Positions 1 through 16,744 of a DNA stretch of 64,000 bases are shown here, in pieces (position 1 is the stretch's first letter; every line of letters begins with the position of its first letter). Both the position numbers and the translations under genes were made by a program. Below the pieces are notes generated by a model, which was not told the DNA's origin, did no database searches, and saw only the letters and a program-made list of their open reading frames with translations. This stretch comes from Dehalococcoidia bacterium (GTDB taxonomy: Bacteria > Chloroflexota > Dehalococcoidia > UBA2979). The stretch is from NCBI GenBank assembly GCA_963667465.2, contig CAXXDN010000001.1, forward strand, positions 160,001 through 224,000, given 5' to 3'.

Positions 1-367
1 GCCACTCCGGGACCGTGCTGCGAGCCATGCCCATCTGCAGGCGACCGTTACTGAGGTGGTCGAGGAAGGCCGCGCGCTCCGCGATGCGGATCGCGTGATT
101 GAAGCGCGAGGGCGCCAGCACTGCGGCGTGACCGACGTCGATCTGCTGCGTGTTCTGGGCGATGGCGGTCAACATCAGTTCGGGCGCGGAGCTGAAACTG
201 AACTCGACGGCCGTGTGGTGCTCGACCTCCCACCAGCAGCCGTAGCCCATCTCGTCGGCGAGCTTGGCCTGCTCCAGCGTCTGCTCGAAGAGCCGATGCT
301 CGTGCTGCCCATCGTCGCCCCAGAGCGACCTCGGGTACTGCATCTCGGAAAAGATGTCGATCTTCAT
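1..367 (-). CDS. LLM-class (luciferase-like) flavin-dependent monooxygenase, 5' part only (runs off window start)
   Basis: Manual translation from ATG at 367: MKIDIFSEMQ...EQAKLADEMGYGCWWEVEHH...SSAPELMLTAIA...IRIAERAAFLDHLSNGRLQMGMAR, typical LLM motifs; GGAGG-like RBS upstream. Not in the ORF track because it is truncated. Confidence 0.85.
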   Translation of the reverse strand, partial: MKIDIFSEMQYPRSLWGDDGQHEHRLFEQTLEQAKLADEMGYGCWWEVEHHTAVEFSFSSAPELMLTAIAQNTQQIDVGHAAVLAPSRFNHAIRIAERAAFLDHLSNGRLQMGMARSTVPEW

Positions 368-424
368 CGCGTCGCCTCCCGACTATGGGCACGGGCACCT
401 GGCGCCCTCGCCGGAGAGGCTACG

Positions 425-631
425 CTACGAGGCGCAACCGGAGTAGCCGCAGACGGGACAAAGCGAGCAGCCCTCGCCAAAGGCGAGGGGGCCGGCGCAG
501 TCCGGGCAGCGCGGCCCGAAGGCAGGCATCCGGCGCAGCCGCCGCCCCGGCGCCGGCTGGCCCGCAACCCGGGCCGCACCGCCCGCCCCCTCCGCCACCG
601 TGCGATCGACTGGAGCAAGTGTGGTGACCAT
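425..631 (-). CDS. Small stand-alone zinc-ribbon protein resembling the C-terminal Cys domain of class II ribonucleotide reductase NrdJ
   Basis: 68 aa from ATG 631 (RBS GAGGT), ending CPDCAGPLAFGEGCSLCPVCGYSGCAS; good sigma70 promoter directly upstream. Confidence 0.7.
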   Translation of the reverse strand: MVTTLAPVDRTVAEGAGGAARVAGQPAPGRRLRRMPAFGPRCPDCAGPLAFGEGCSLCPVCGYSGCAS

Positions 632-647
632 CGCGATACCTCGTAGC

Positions 648-659
648 GAACATGCGTTC
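648..659. promoter_or_regulatory. LexA/SOS box (GAAC-N4-GTTC type)
   Basis: GAACATGCGTTC is a perfect match to the Firmicutes/Actinobacteria/Chloroflexi LexA consensus and lies between the -10 and RBS of the 425-631 gene. Confidence 0.7.
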
Positions 660-666
660 CTGAGCA

Positions 667-695
667 AGTATCCCAAGAACACGCGTGCTAGTCAA
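667..695 (-). promoter_or_regulatory. sigma70 promoter with second degenerate SOS box in the spacer
   Basis: Minus strand TTGACT-17 bp-GATACT; the spacer contains GAAC-ACGC-GTGC (677-688, one mismatch to the LexA box). Confidence 0.65.
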
Positions 696-751
696 GCCAA
701 CGCATCCCCCTCGCGCGGGTGCTTGGCGCCACGCTCGGCTAGGATTCGGGC

Positions 752-931
752 ATGGCCCGCTACCTCTTCTTTGCCCTGATCGCGAGCGGACTCGCGATCG
801 CCTGGCTGGCGCTCATGCAGCCGAGGCGACTGCGTAGCCTCGGGAAGCACGCGCGCACGCTCGGCTACGCCTACGTCGCCGCGATCCTGATCGGTTCGGC
901 GCTGCGGTTGCTCTTCGGCTGGGGCACCTGA
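752..931 (+). CDS. Small 59-aa two-TM membrane protein
   Basis: MARYLFFALIASGLAIAWLALMQPRRLRSLGKHARTLGYAYVAAILIGSALRLLFGWGT; -10-like TAGGAT 6 nt before ATG; ends 4 nt before glycerate kinase. Confidence 0.6.
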   Translation: MARYLFFALIASGLAIAWLALMQPRRLRSLGKHARTLGYAYVAAILIGSALRLLFGWGT

Positions 932-935
932 GCGC

Positions 936-2075
936 GTGCGGCTCCTCGTCTGCCCGCAAGAGTTCAAGGGCTCCCTGACCGCGCCCGAGGCCGCCGCCGC
1001 GATCGCCGCGGGCGCTCGCCGCGCACCGGGCGTCACGGACGTCCGCACGCTCCCCCTCGCCGACGGCGGCCCCGGCACTGCGGCGATCGTCGCCGCGGCG
1101 ACCGGAGGCGAGCTCGTAACCGCCGAGGTGACCGGCCCCCTCGGCGACCGCATTGGGGCGCGCTACGCACTGCTGCCGGACATCGCCGGCGGCCCGCCCA
1201 CCGCGCTGATCGAGTCGGCCGCGGCCGCCGGGCTCGTACTCGTCCCGCCGGACCTGCGCGACCCCGGCCACGCGACCAGCTACGGCGTCGGCGAGCTGAT
1301 CCGCGACGCCGTCGACCGCGGCGCGCGCTCGCTCATCGTCGGCGTCGGCGGCACCGCCACCAACGACGGCGGGGCGGGCGCCGCCCAGGCGCTCGGCTAC
1401 CGCCTGCTCGACCGCAATCGAGGTCCGCTGCCCGAGCCGGCGGGCGGCATCCACCTGCTCAACGTCTTCGTGCTCGACAGCTCCGGGGTCGACCGGCGCC
1501 TCGCGGACGTCGATCTGCGCGTCGCCGTCGATGTCACGAACCCGCTGCTCGGCGAGGAAGGCGCAACGTACGTCTACGGCCCGCAGAAGGGCGTCGCCGG
1601 CGAGCTGGGCGAGATGCTCGAGGACGCGCTCGGGCGCTGGGCGCGCACCGTGCGCCACGACCTCGGCGTCGAACTGACGGACCTGCCCGGCGGCGGCGCG
1701 GGTGGCGGCCTCGCCGCCGGCCTGATCGGCGCGGTCGGCGGCGGGATCGAGTCCGGCGCGGCGCTCGTCGCAGACGCGGTCGGCCTCGACGCGGCGATCG
1801 AGGCCGCCGATTTCGTCGTCACCGGCGAGGGCTCGCTCGACGCGCAGACAACCTTCGGCAAGACCGTCGCACACGTGATCGAGCGCTGCGCCTCCCTCGG
1901 ACGGCCCTGCCTCGCCGTCGCGGGCGCGGCGAGCGGCAGTCCCGAGGGCGTCGCCGACCTCGAGGTGCTCGCGGGCGGGGGCGTCACGGAGGCGGAGGCG
2001 CTGGCCCGCGCGGCGGACCTGGCCGCGGACGCGGCCGAGCGGCTGCTGCGCCGCGTCGCCGCGGGCCGAGACTAG
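936..2075 (+). CDS. glxK: Glycerate kinase (GlxK/GarK family)
   Basis: FKGSLTA, PLADGG, GGTATNDGG, YGPQKG, GAGGG and VTGEGSLDAQT motifs. Confidence 0.92.
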   Translation: MRLLVCPQEFKGSLTAPEAAAAIAAGARRAPGVTDVRTLPLADGGPGTAAIVAAATGGELVTAEVTGPLGDRIGARYALLPDIAGGPPTALIESAAAAGLVLVPPDLRDPGHATSYGVGELIRDAVDRGARSLIVGVGGTATNDGGAGAAQALGYRLLDRNRGPLPEPAGGIHLLNVFVLDSSGVDRRLADVDLRVAVDVTNPLLGEEGATYVYGPQKGVAGELGEMLEDALGRWARTVRHDLGVELTDLPGGGAGGGLAAGLIGAVGGGIESGAALVADAVGLDAAIEAADFVVTGEGSLDAQTTFGKTVAHVIERCASLGRPCLAVAGAASGSPEGVADLEVLAGGGVTEAEALARAADLAADAAERLLRRVAAGRD

Positions 2076-2434
2076 TCGAGGCCGAGCCGCTCCATCTCGC
2101 GCTCCTCGAACCCGAAGTGGTGCGCCAATTCGTGCAGCACGGTGCGCTGCACCTCGTCCGGGATGTCGCGAGGGTGAAAGGCACGCTCCAGCGGGCCCTG
2201 GAAGATCAGGATCCGGTCCGGCAGCGTCATGTGGTACTCGCCGCGATCGGTCAGCGGCGTACCGACGTAGAGCCCGAACAGCGTCGAGCCGGGCTCGACC
2301 CCGGCGTCCTCGAGATCCTCGGTGCTGGGCTCGCGCTCGATCACGATCGCGACGTTGTTGAGGTAGGCGTCGATCTCCGGCGGCAGCGCGTCGAGCGCTC
2401 GCTGGACCAGGCGGCGAAAGCGGGAACGCTCCAC
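2072..2434 (-). CDS. Zincin-like metallopeptidase family protein (DUF1025/Zincin_1)
   Basis: LFGLYVGTPL, LPDRILIFQGPL and HELAHHFG (HExxH); GTG start at 2434 preceded by TAGACT. Confidence 0.85.
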   Translation of the reverse strand: MERSRFRRLVQRALDALPPEIDAYLNNVAIVIEREPSTEDLEDAGVEPGSTLFGLYVGTPLTDRGEYHMTLPDRILIFQGPLERAFHPRDIPDEVQRTVLHELAHHFGFEEREMERLGLD

Positions 2435-2532
2435 GTGGCGCAGTCTACAACGCAGCCTGCAACGGCGAGCCCGGACGCCCCCCGCCGGCCGCGGCTCGCC
2501 TTTTCCTCCCCTGACTTGCGACAATCGAGGGG

Positions 2533-3669
2533 ATGAGAGGCTTCACGCCTGCCCCGCACATCCGTGTCGCGCTGTACGCCGCGCTGCTGGCGCTGCTCGC
2601 GCTCGCCAACGCGGGTTGCCGCGTCGAGCGCGTCGACGAGCCCAGCTTCACGGCGACGCCGATCCCCGAGGCCGGCGAACCGCGCCCGTTCCGGCTTGGC
2701 TTCTCCTCGCTGCCCTCGCGCCTCGCCGACGCCGCCTACGTCGAGGCGCTCGACCTCACGGCGCTGTACGGCGACCTGCTGCTGATCCAGCGCAGTCCCA
2801 CCTGGGCCGAGTTCCTGCCCGGCGTCGCGCCTTCCGAGGAGCTGCGCGAACTGACGCAGCGCGAGGCGCACGCCATCGAGGAGCGCAACCTGACGCTCTT
2901 CTACGCACTCGATCCGTACGCTCCCGCGGATCGCGGCCGCCTCGCGGCGCTGCCCGACGGCTACGCGGGAGCGGGGCTGCTGAACCCCGATCTGCGCGCC
3001 GCCCTCGTCGCCGAGGCCCGCTTCGTCGCCGGCGCCTTCCAGCCCGCCTACCTCGCGTTCGGCATCGAGGTGAACGCCACGTTCGATCGCTCGGCTGCCG
3101 AGTACGAGGCCTACCTCGGCGTCTACCGCGAGGTCTACGACGTGGTGAAGCAGCTCAGCCCCGGGACGCTGGTCTTCCCCACGTTCCAGTACGAGCAGTT
3201 GCTGGGCGTGACGCCCTGGGAGGTCGCACACCCGCCGCGCTGGGAGCGGCTGGCGGACTTCGGCGAGCGCCTGGACGTGGTGGCGATCGCGACCTTCCCC
3301 TCGCTCGTCCATGCGGTCGCGAAGGCGATCCCGGGGGACTACTACTCGCAGCTGCGAGACCACACGGACCTGCCGATCGCCTTCGCGGCGACCGGATTCT
3401 CGTCTGGCCCCGGCCCCGGGGGAACCAACTCCTCGACGCCCGAGGAGCAGCGTCGCTACCTCCAGCGGCTGTTGGCGGACGCCGAGGCGCTGCAGTCGCC
3501 GTTCGTGGTCTGGTACGCGAGCCGCGATCCGCAGTTCGTCTCCGATCTGCCCATCGAGCTGCTCAGGAGCAGCGGCCTGCTGGACACGGCGGGACAGCCG
3601 AAGGAGGCCTGGCGCGTCTGGGCGGAGGCAGCCCGGCGCCCCCACCGCGCGCCCGCCGACGCGCCGTAG
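2533..3669 (+). CDS. Putative lipoprotein with glycoside-hydrolase-like (clan GH-A) TIM barrel
   Basis: Signal peptide with lipobox-like LANAGC; YLAFGIEVN, VFPTFQYE and GLLDTAGQPKEAW motifs; host-like codon usage. Confidence 0.65.
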   Translation: MRGFTPAPHIRVALYAALLALLALANAGCRVERVDEPSFTATPIPEAGEPRPFRLGFSSLPSRLADAAYVEALDLTALYGDLLLIQRSPTWAEFLPGVAPSEELRELTQREAHAIEERNLTLFYALDPYAPADRGRLAALPDGYAGAGLLNPDLRAALVAEARFVAGAFQPAYLAFGIEVNATFDRSAAEYEAYLGVYREVYDVVKQLSPGTLVFPTFQYEQLLGVTPWEVAHPPRWERLADFGERLDVVAIATFPSLVHAVAKAIPGDYYSQLRDHTDLPIAFAATGFSSGPGPGGTNSSTPEEQRRYLQRLLADAEALQSPFVVWYASRDPQFVSDLPIELLRSSGLLDTAGQPKEAWRVWAEAARRPHRAPADAP

Positions 3670-3705
3670 CGCACGATCTGCAGGCGCGGCGCGCCAAATG
3701 CAGAT

Positions 3706-3734
3706 TTGGCAAGCAATCCGCGGTGCGGTACGCT
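3706..3734 (+). promoter_or_regulatory. Putative sigma70 promoter of rpoBC
   Basis: TTGGCA-17 bp-TACGCT about 180 nt upstream of rpoB. Confidence 0.55.
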
Positions 3735-3914
3735 TTCATATCTGTGCCTGGTGGGGTAAACTTGTGGCTGCGTTGGGCGCGGCAATACCACATCTACTGA
3801 CCGACAGCGAACTCCGGTCACGCCGGGGGCGCACGTGTGCGGCCCCGGTATGTGCATGCGTCGCGGCCCCACCACGCCCGATGAACCCTGGTGATTAGTC
3901 GGAGGAGTCGCTCC

Positions 3915-12081
<8,167 letters not shown>

Positions 12082-12127
12082 CGACGGCCGCGGGGTATCC
12101 CGCGGCGCAAATCGCGCTACGCGAACA

Positions 12128-12156
12128 GCGGGAGGGCTTCGGCCCTCCCGTTTCTC
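12128..12156 (+). terminator. Intrinsic terminator after rpoC
   Basis: GCGGGAGGGC-TTCG-GCCCTCCCGT hairpin followed by TTCTC. Confidence 0.75.
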
Positions 12157-12196
12157 GTCCGCAACGCCGCCTGCGACAGCTGTGGGAGCGTGCGGG

Positions 12197-12913
12197 TTAC
12201 AGGTCCTTGCGGCGGAACCAGGCCATCCCGAACATCGTGGCGAGCACCGAGAGGACGCCGAAGACGACCAGCACGCGGAGCTGCTCGGCGACGGACACCT
12301 CGCCGCGGAACGTCTCGGGCAGACCACTGACCACGCCGGTCGTGCTCATCCAGTCCAGGGCAAGGAACTGGAACACCGCGCCGGACGCCACGGTGGAAAC
12401 CAGCACCGTCAGCACGGAGGCCAGCATGTTGCGGAAGATCGCCGACAGCGCGATCCCGAAGGCCGCGAGGAAGACAAGCAGCGAGGCCACCGTCAGCAGC
12501 CCCCAGACGATCCCCTCGATCGTCGCGTCGTCGACCGCGAAGCGGAGCACCAGGTACACCAGCGGCACGGTCACTGCGACGTAGACGGCCAGGAACACTC
12601 CGACGCGCGCCGTGAACTTCGACCAGATGTAGGCCCGGCGCGTCACCGACCTCGAGAGGATCGAGTCCGCGACGACGTCTGCCTCACCGTTGACCGCGCT
12701 CGCGGAGAGCACCGCGACCACCAGCCAGGAGAGCGGCGCCAGCACGGCCGCCACGTAGGCGGCCAGCGTCTCCGAGGCGAGTTCCCGCTGGTTCGCGGCG
12801 ACCACCACGAAAAAGCCCGCCGGCCCGACCAGCAACAGGATCCAGATGCGGACCAGCCAGGAGCGCGCCAGTTGCTCCATGTCGAGCCGGAGCAGATAGA
12901 GGTAGGCCTGCAT
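12197..12913 (-). CDS. ABC-2 type exporter permease
   Basis: About 6 hydrophobic segments, ILSRSVTRRAYIWSKF motif, C-terminal FRRKDL; coupled to the ATPase gene. Confidence 0.85.
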   Translation of the reverse strand: MQAYLYLLRLDMEQLARSWLVRIWILLLVGPAGFFVVVAANQRELASETLAAYVAAVLAPLSWLVVAVLSASAVNGEADVVADSILSRSVTRRAYIWSKFTARVGVFLAVYVAVTVPLVYLVLRFAVDDATIEGIVWGLLTVASLLVFLAAFGIALSAIFRNMLASVLTVLVSTVASGAVFQFLALDWMSTTGVVSGLPETFRGEVSVAEQLRVLVVFGVLSVLATMFGMAWFRRKDL

Positions 12914-14103
12914 CAGGCGGCCCCGCTATGAGAACCATCCCCGCGACCCGGCTCCTCGGTGCCGGGCTGCCCTGCGCCGTCCTCCGCGACCCAGTCCGGA
13001 GCTCGCAGCAGGCTGCGCGAACGGTCCTCCTCGAGGCGGCGCAGGAACGCCTCCTCCACCTCGTGGGTGCCGGTGTCGAGCCTCAGTAACTCGACGCCGC
13101 TGCGCTCCACCAGCTCGAGCAGGCGCTTCAGGTACTCGGTGACCGCACCGCCGCCGAGGAAGGTGATCCGGACCTCCGGGCCGGCGCGCTCCCAGCGCAC
13201 CGAGCCGGGCTCGTCCAGCTCCGGGATCCTCCGCTCGAAGGAGGCGACATTGCCCTCGATCTCGACGGTGATCGAGTTCTGCCGCGCGAGCCGCCGCATC
13301 TCCGCCATTTGCCCGTCGTAGATCAGCCGCCCCTGCGCGATCACCCCGACGTCTGTGCAGACCCGTTCCACGTCGTTGAGGATGTGCGTGGCGATGATGA
13401 TCGTGCGGTCGCGTCCCGACAGCTCGCGGATCAACTCGATCATCTGCCTGCGCCCGGGCGGGTCGAGGCCGTAGGTCGGCTCATCCAGCACCAGCAACTC
13501 GGGATCGTTCATCAGCGCCGCGGCGATGCCGAGCCGCGTCTCCATGCCGGTCGAGAAGCCCTCGATGCGCTGCGAGGCGACATCGGAGAGATCGACGGAT
13601 TGCAGCAGCGTCGTCATGCGGATCTTCGCGCGCTCGGACGGCAACCCGACGATCTTGCCGACGAACTCGAGGTAGGAGATCGGCGTCATGTAACGCGGGA
13701 ACACCGGGGCCGTCGGCAGGAAGCCAATCCGCCGCCGCAGCTCGGCGCTCTCGGCACGCATCGGGCGGCCCAGCACCCTGATCTCGCCGGCGGTCGGCCG
13801 TTGCAGGCCGAGCATGAGGCGGAACACCGTCGACTTGCCGGCCCCGTTCGGGCCGACGAGGCCGTACACGGAGTTCTTGCGCACGCGCATGTTGAGCGCG
13901 TTGAGGGCGATGTAGCGGTTGTCGTAGATCTTCGTGAGGTCGTGCGCCTCGATGGCGTAGCTCGGTCCGGCCCGGCGGCCGGCCAACTCGGTCGCGATGG
14001 GCGGCGCGTCCTCGCCGGGAGCCTGGGCCCGACCGCCGTTCGCGCTCTCGCCGGCGCGGACCGCCCTGAGCGATCGCCGCAGTGAGGATGGCGCAAGCTT
14101 CAT
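12913..14103 (-). CDS. ABC transporter ATP-binding protein
   Basis: GPNGAGKST, FSTGM signature, LVLDEPT, THIL; ATG at 14103 chosen as start. Confidence 0.9.
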   Translation of the reverse strand: MKLAPSSLRRSLRAVRAGESANGGRAQAPGEDAPPIATELAGRRAGPSYAIEAHDLTKIYDNRYIALNALNMRVRKNSVYGLVGPNGAGKSTVFRLMLGLQRPTAGEIRVLGRPMRAESAELRRRIGFLPTAPVFPRYMTPISYLEFVGKIVGLPSERAKIRMTTLLQSVDLSDVASQRIEGFSTGMETRLGIAAALMNDPELLVLDEPTYGLDPPGRRQMIELIRELSGRDRTIIIATHILNDVERVCTDVGVIAQGRLIYDGQMAEMRRLARQNSITVEIEGNVASFERRIPELDEPGSVRWERAGPEVRITFLGGGAVTEYLKRLLELVERSGVELLRLDTGTHEVEEAFLRRLEEDRSRSLLRAPDWVAEDGAGQPGTEEPGRGDGSHSGAA

Positions 14104-14266
14104 CGCACGCTCCGCACCCTCGCCACTGCCAACGTGCGCCGTCGTATGCCGCGACACCCCCGCGGCGAGGCGTCGCGGGATCTTACCACTCGGAGACACG
14201 GCCACGGCAGCGGCGGGCGCCGGGGTTGGCCCGGCACGGCTGAATGTGGTTCCCTACACTGCCACG

Positions 14267-14944
14267 ATGCAATCCGTACTGCTGATCAGCGACAACGCCG
14301 ATCATCTGGCGATCGTGCGCGCTGCCCTGCGCGAGGACGGCCACGCCCTGCGCAGCGAATCGACAATCGATCGCGGGCTGATCGCCCTGCGCGAGCAGTC
14401 ACCGGATCTGCTCTGTCTGGACATCAGCAGCGGAGCCGCCGTGAACGGCCTGGGCGCGCTGCTGCGCGACCCGGAGCTGCAGGAAGGGCCTCCGCTGCTC
14501 GCGATCACCGCACGGGAGCAGTTCTACCTCGTCGGTCCCGGCTCCGGCGTGAGCGACGTGATCGCGACGCCGCTCGACCGCGACGAGCTGCAGCTGCGCA
14601 TCTCGCGTCTGGTCTCCGCAGCAAGCGCGGAGGACAGCCAGTTGCTGCGCCGCGGCGAGCTGCTGATCGACCAGGAGCGCTACACCGTCCGGCTCGGCGA
14701 CGATGCCGTCGACCTCACCTACAAGGAGTACGAGCTGCTGCGCTTCCTGGCGCAGAACCCGGGCAAGGCCTTCACCCGCGAGATGCTGCTCAACCAGGTG
14801 TGGGGCTACGACTACTACGGCGGCGCCCGCACCGTGGACGTCCACATCCGCCGCATCCGCGCCAAGATCGAGCGGCACGAGCCCTACATCGAGACGGTCC
14901 GCAACGTCGGCTACCGCTTCGTCGAGGAGCCCCGCTCGCACTAG
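14267..14944 (+). CDS. OmpR-family response regulator, GlnR-like
   Basis: wHTH DLTYKEYELLRFLAQNPG...VWGYDYYGGARTVDVHIRRIRAKI...ETVRNVGYRF closely resembles actinobacterial GlnR; degenerate receiver domain; directly upstream of glnA; no adjacent kinase. Confidence 0.85.
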   Translation: MQSVLLISDNADHLAIVRAALREDGHALRSESTIDRGLIALREQSPDLLCLDISSGAAVNGLGALLRDPELQEGPPLLAITAREQFYLVGPGSGVSDVIATPLDRDELQLRISRLVSAASAEDSQLLRRGELLIDQERYTVRLGDDAVDLTYKEYELLRFLAQNPGKAFTREMLLNQVWGYDYYGGARTVDVHIRRIRAKIERHEPYIETVRNVGYRFVEEPRSH

Positions 14945-15014
14945 CCCGCCCCCGGCGCCGCGCACCGCGTTCGGCCTCCGCCCGAGGTCTCTGCGCGCCC
15001 GCCCCGGGGGCTGC

Positions 15015-15052
15015 GAAACATGCCCGAAACGCGGCGGTAATCCGGGGGTAAT
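15015..15052 (+). promoter_or_regulatory. Four phased GlnR-box-like pentamers upstream of glnA
   Basis: GAAAC-N6-GAAAC-N6-GTAAT-N6-GTAAT at exact 11-bp spacing (15015, 15026, 15037, 15048), followed by -10-like TACGCT at 15063-15068. Confidence 0.7.
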
Positions 15053-15172
15053 CGTTCGCTCGTACGCTCATCCTCGAGCGCCGGGAGGCCGTGTGTCTCG
15101 CGGCGCGGTAGGGACGAGCCACGAGTGAATGCAGCGCCAAACGGGGGCTGCACGCGAGAATGGGGGCGACAG

Positions 15173-16615
15173 GTGGACCTTCAGGAACTGCAGCAACTGG
15201 CGGCCGACAACGGGGTGACCCGAATCGACCTGCGCGTGACCGATCTGCCGGGGCGCTGGCAGCACTTCACGCTCCCGCCGGACGCCCTCGACGAGGACCT
15301 CTTCCAGAACGGCAACGGCTTCGACGGATCCAGCCTGCGCGGCTTCCAGGAGATCCACGAGTCCGACATGCTGCTGGTGCCGGACATCAACACCGCCGTG
15401 ATCGACCCGATTCCGGATCACCCCACGATCTCCCTGATCTGCAACGTGATCGACGCCGTCACGCACGACTCGTACTCGCGTGACCCGCGCAACGTCGCCC
15501 TCAAGGCCGAGGCCTACCTCGCCTCCACGGGCATCGCGGACGAGGCCTTCTTCGGCCCCGAGCCCGAGTTCTTTCTCTTCGACGACGTCCGTTACAACCA
15601 GGGCCAGCAGTCCGCCTTCTACTACGTCGACTCGGAGGAGGCGCACTGGAACTCCGGCAAGGACTACACCGAGGCCTTCCCCGGCGGCTTCAACACCGGC
15701 TACAAGATCCCCGGCAAGGAGGGCTACGCGCCGCTCCCGCCGTTCGACCAGACCGCCGGGGTCCGCTCCGATATCGTCGCCGCCATGAACGCCGTCGGCG
15801 TCGACACGTTCATCGACCACCACGAGGTCGCGACCGCCGGCCAGGCTGAGATCGGCCTCGGCAAGGCCACGCTGGTGGACCAGGCGGACCGCACCCAGTG
15901 GTACCGCTACATGGTGCGGAACGTGGCGCACCAGCACGGCAAGGTTGCCACCTTCATGCCGAAGCCGATCTTCGAGGACAACGGCTCCGGCATGCACACC
16001 CACCAGTCCCTGCGCAAGGGCGAGGAGCCGCTCTTCTACGACGCCAACGGCTACGCCGGCCTCTCCCAGCTCGCACGCTGGTACATCGGCGGCCTGCTCC
16101 GGCACGCCCCGACGGTGCTGGCCTTCGCCGCCCCGTCGACCAACTCCTACAAGCGGCTGGTGCCCGGCTACGAGGCGCCCGTGAACCTCGCGTACTCGAT
16201 GCGCAACCGCTCGGCTGCGGTCCGCATCCCGACCTACCGCATCGGGATGCCGAACGAGGCCTCCGACAAGCGCGTCGAGTTCCGCCCGCCGGACGCCACG
16301 GCGAACTGCTACCTCGCCTTCTCGGCGATGCTGATGGCCGGTCTGGACGGCATCCAGAACCAGATCGACCCCGGCGACCCGCTGGACCGCAACATCTACG
16401 AGCTCCCGCCGGAGGAGGCCGCCGCGGTGCCGACCGTGCCCGGCTCGCTCGGCGAGGCCCTCGACGCGCTCGAGGCGGACCACGACTTCCTGATGCAGGG
16501 CGGCGTGTTCACGCAGGACGTGCTCGACATGTGGCTCGACATGAAGCGCGACGAGGTCCTGAACGTCTCGCTGCGGCCCACGCCGTACGAGTTCGAGCTC
16601 TACTTCAGCAACTAG
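15173..16615 (+). CDS. glnA: Glutamine synthetase type I (GSI-beta)
   Basis: FDGSS, GPEPEFF, HHEVAT, FMPKP, NGSGMH, YKRLVPGYEAP, RNRSA and adenylylation-site NIYEL. Confidence 0.97.
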   Translation: MDLQELQQLAADNGVTRIDLRVTDLPGRWQHFTLPPDALDEDLFQNGNGFDGSSLRGFQEIHESDMLLVPDINTAVIDPIPDHPTISLICNVIDAVTHDSYSRDPRNVALKAEAYLASTGIADEAFFGPEPEFFLFDDVRYNQGQQSAFYYVDSEEAHWNSGKDYTEAFPGGFNTGYKIPGKEGYAPLPPFDQTAGVRSDIVAAMNAVGVDTFIDHHEVATAGQAEIGLGKATLVDQADRTQWYRYMVRNVAHQHGKVATFMPKPIFEDNGSGMHTHQSLRKGEEPLFYDANGYAGLSQLARWYIGGLLRHAPTVLAFAAPSTNSYKRLVPGYEAPVNLAYSMRNRSAAVRIPTYRIGMPNEASDKRVEFRPPDATANCYLAFSAMLMAGLDGIQNQIDPGDPLDRNIYELPPEEAAAVPTVPGSLGEALDALEADHDFLMQGGVFTQDVLDMWLDMKRDEVLNVSLRPTPYEFELYFSN

Positions 16616-16744
16616 CCTCCGCAGCATCAAAGCCGGGCGGCAGGGAGGGCGATTCGCGGACCGCTCCCCCGGCCGTCCGGCCTGCAGAACGGAGTCGTAC
16701 TCCACGCCGATCGCACCGCAGGACACGAGCCCGCGGAGAGCAGC

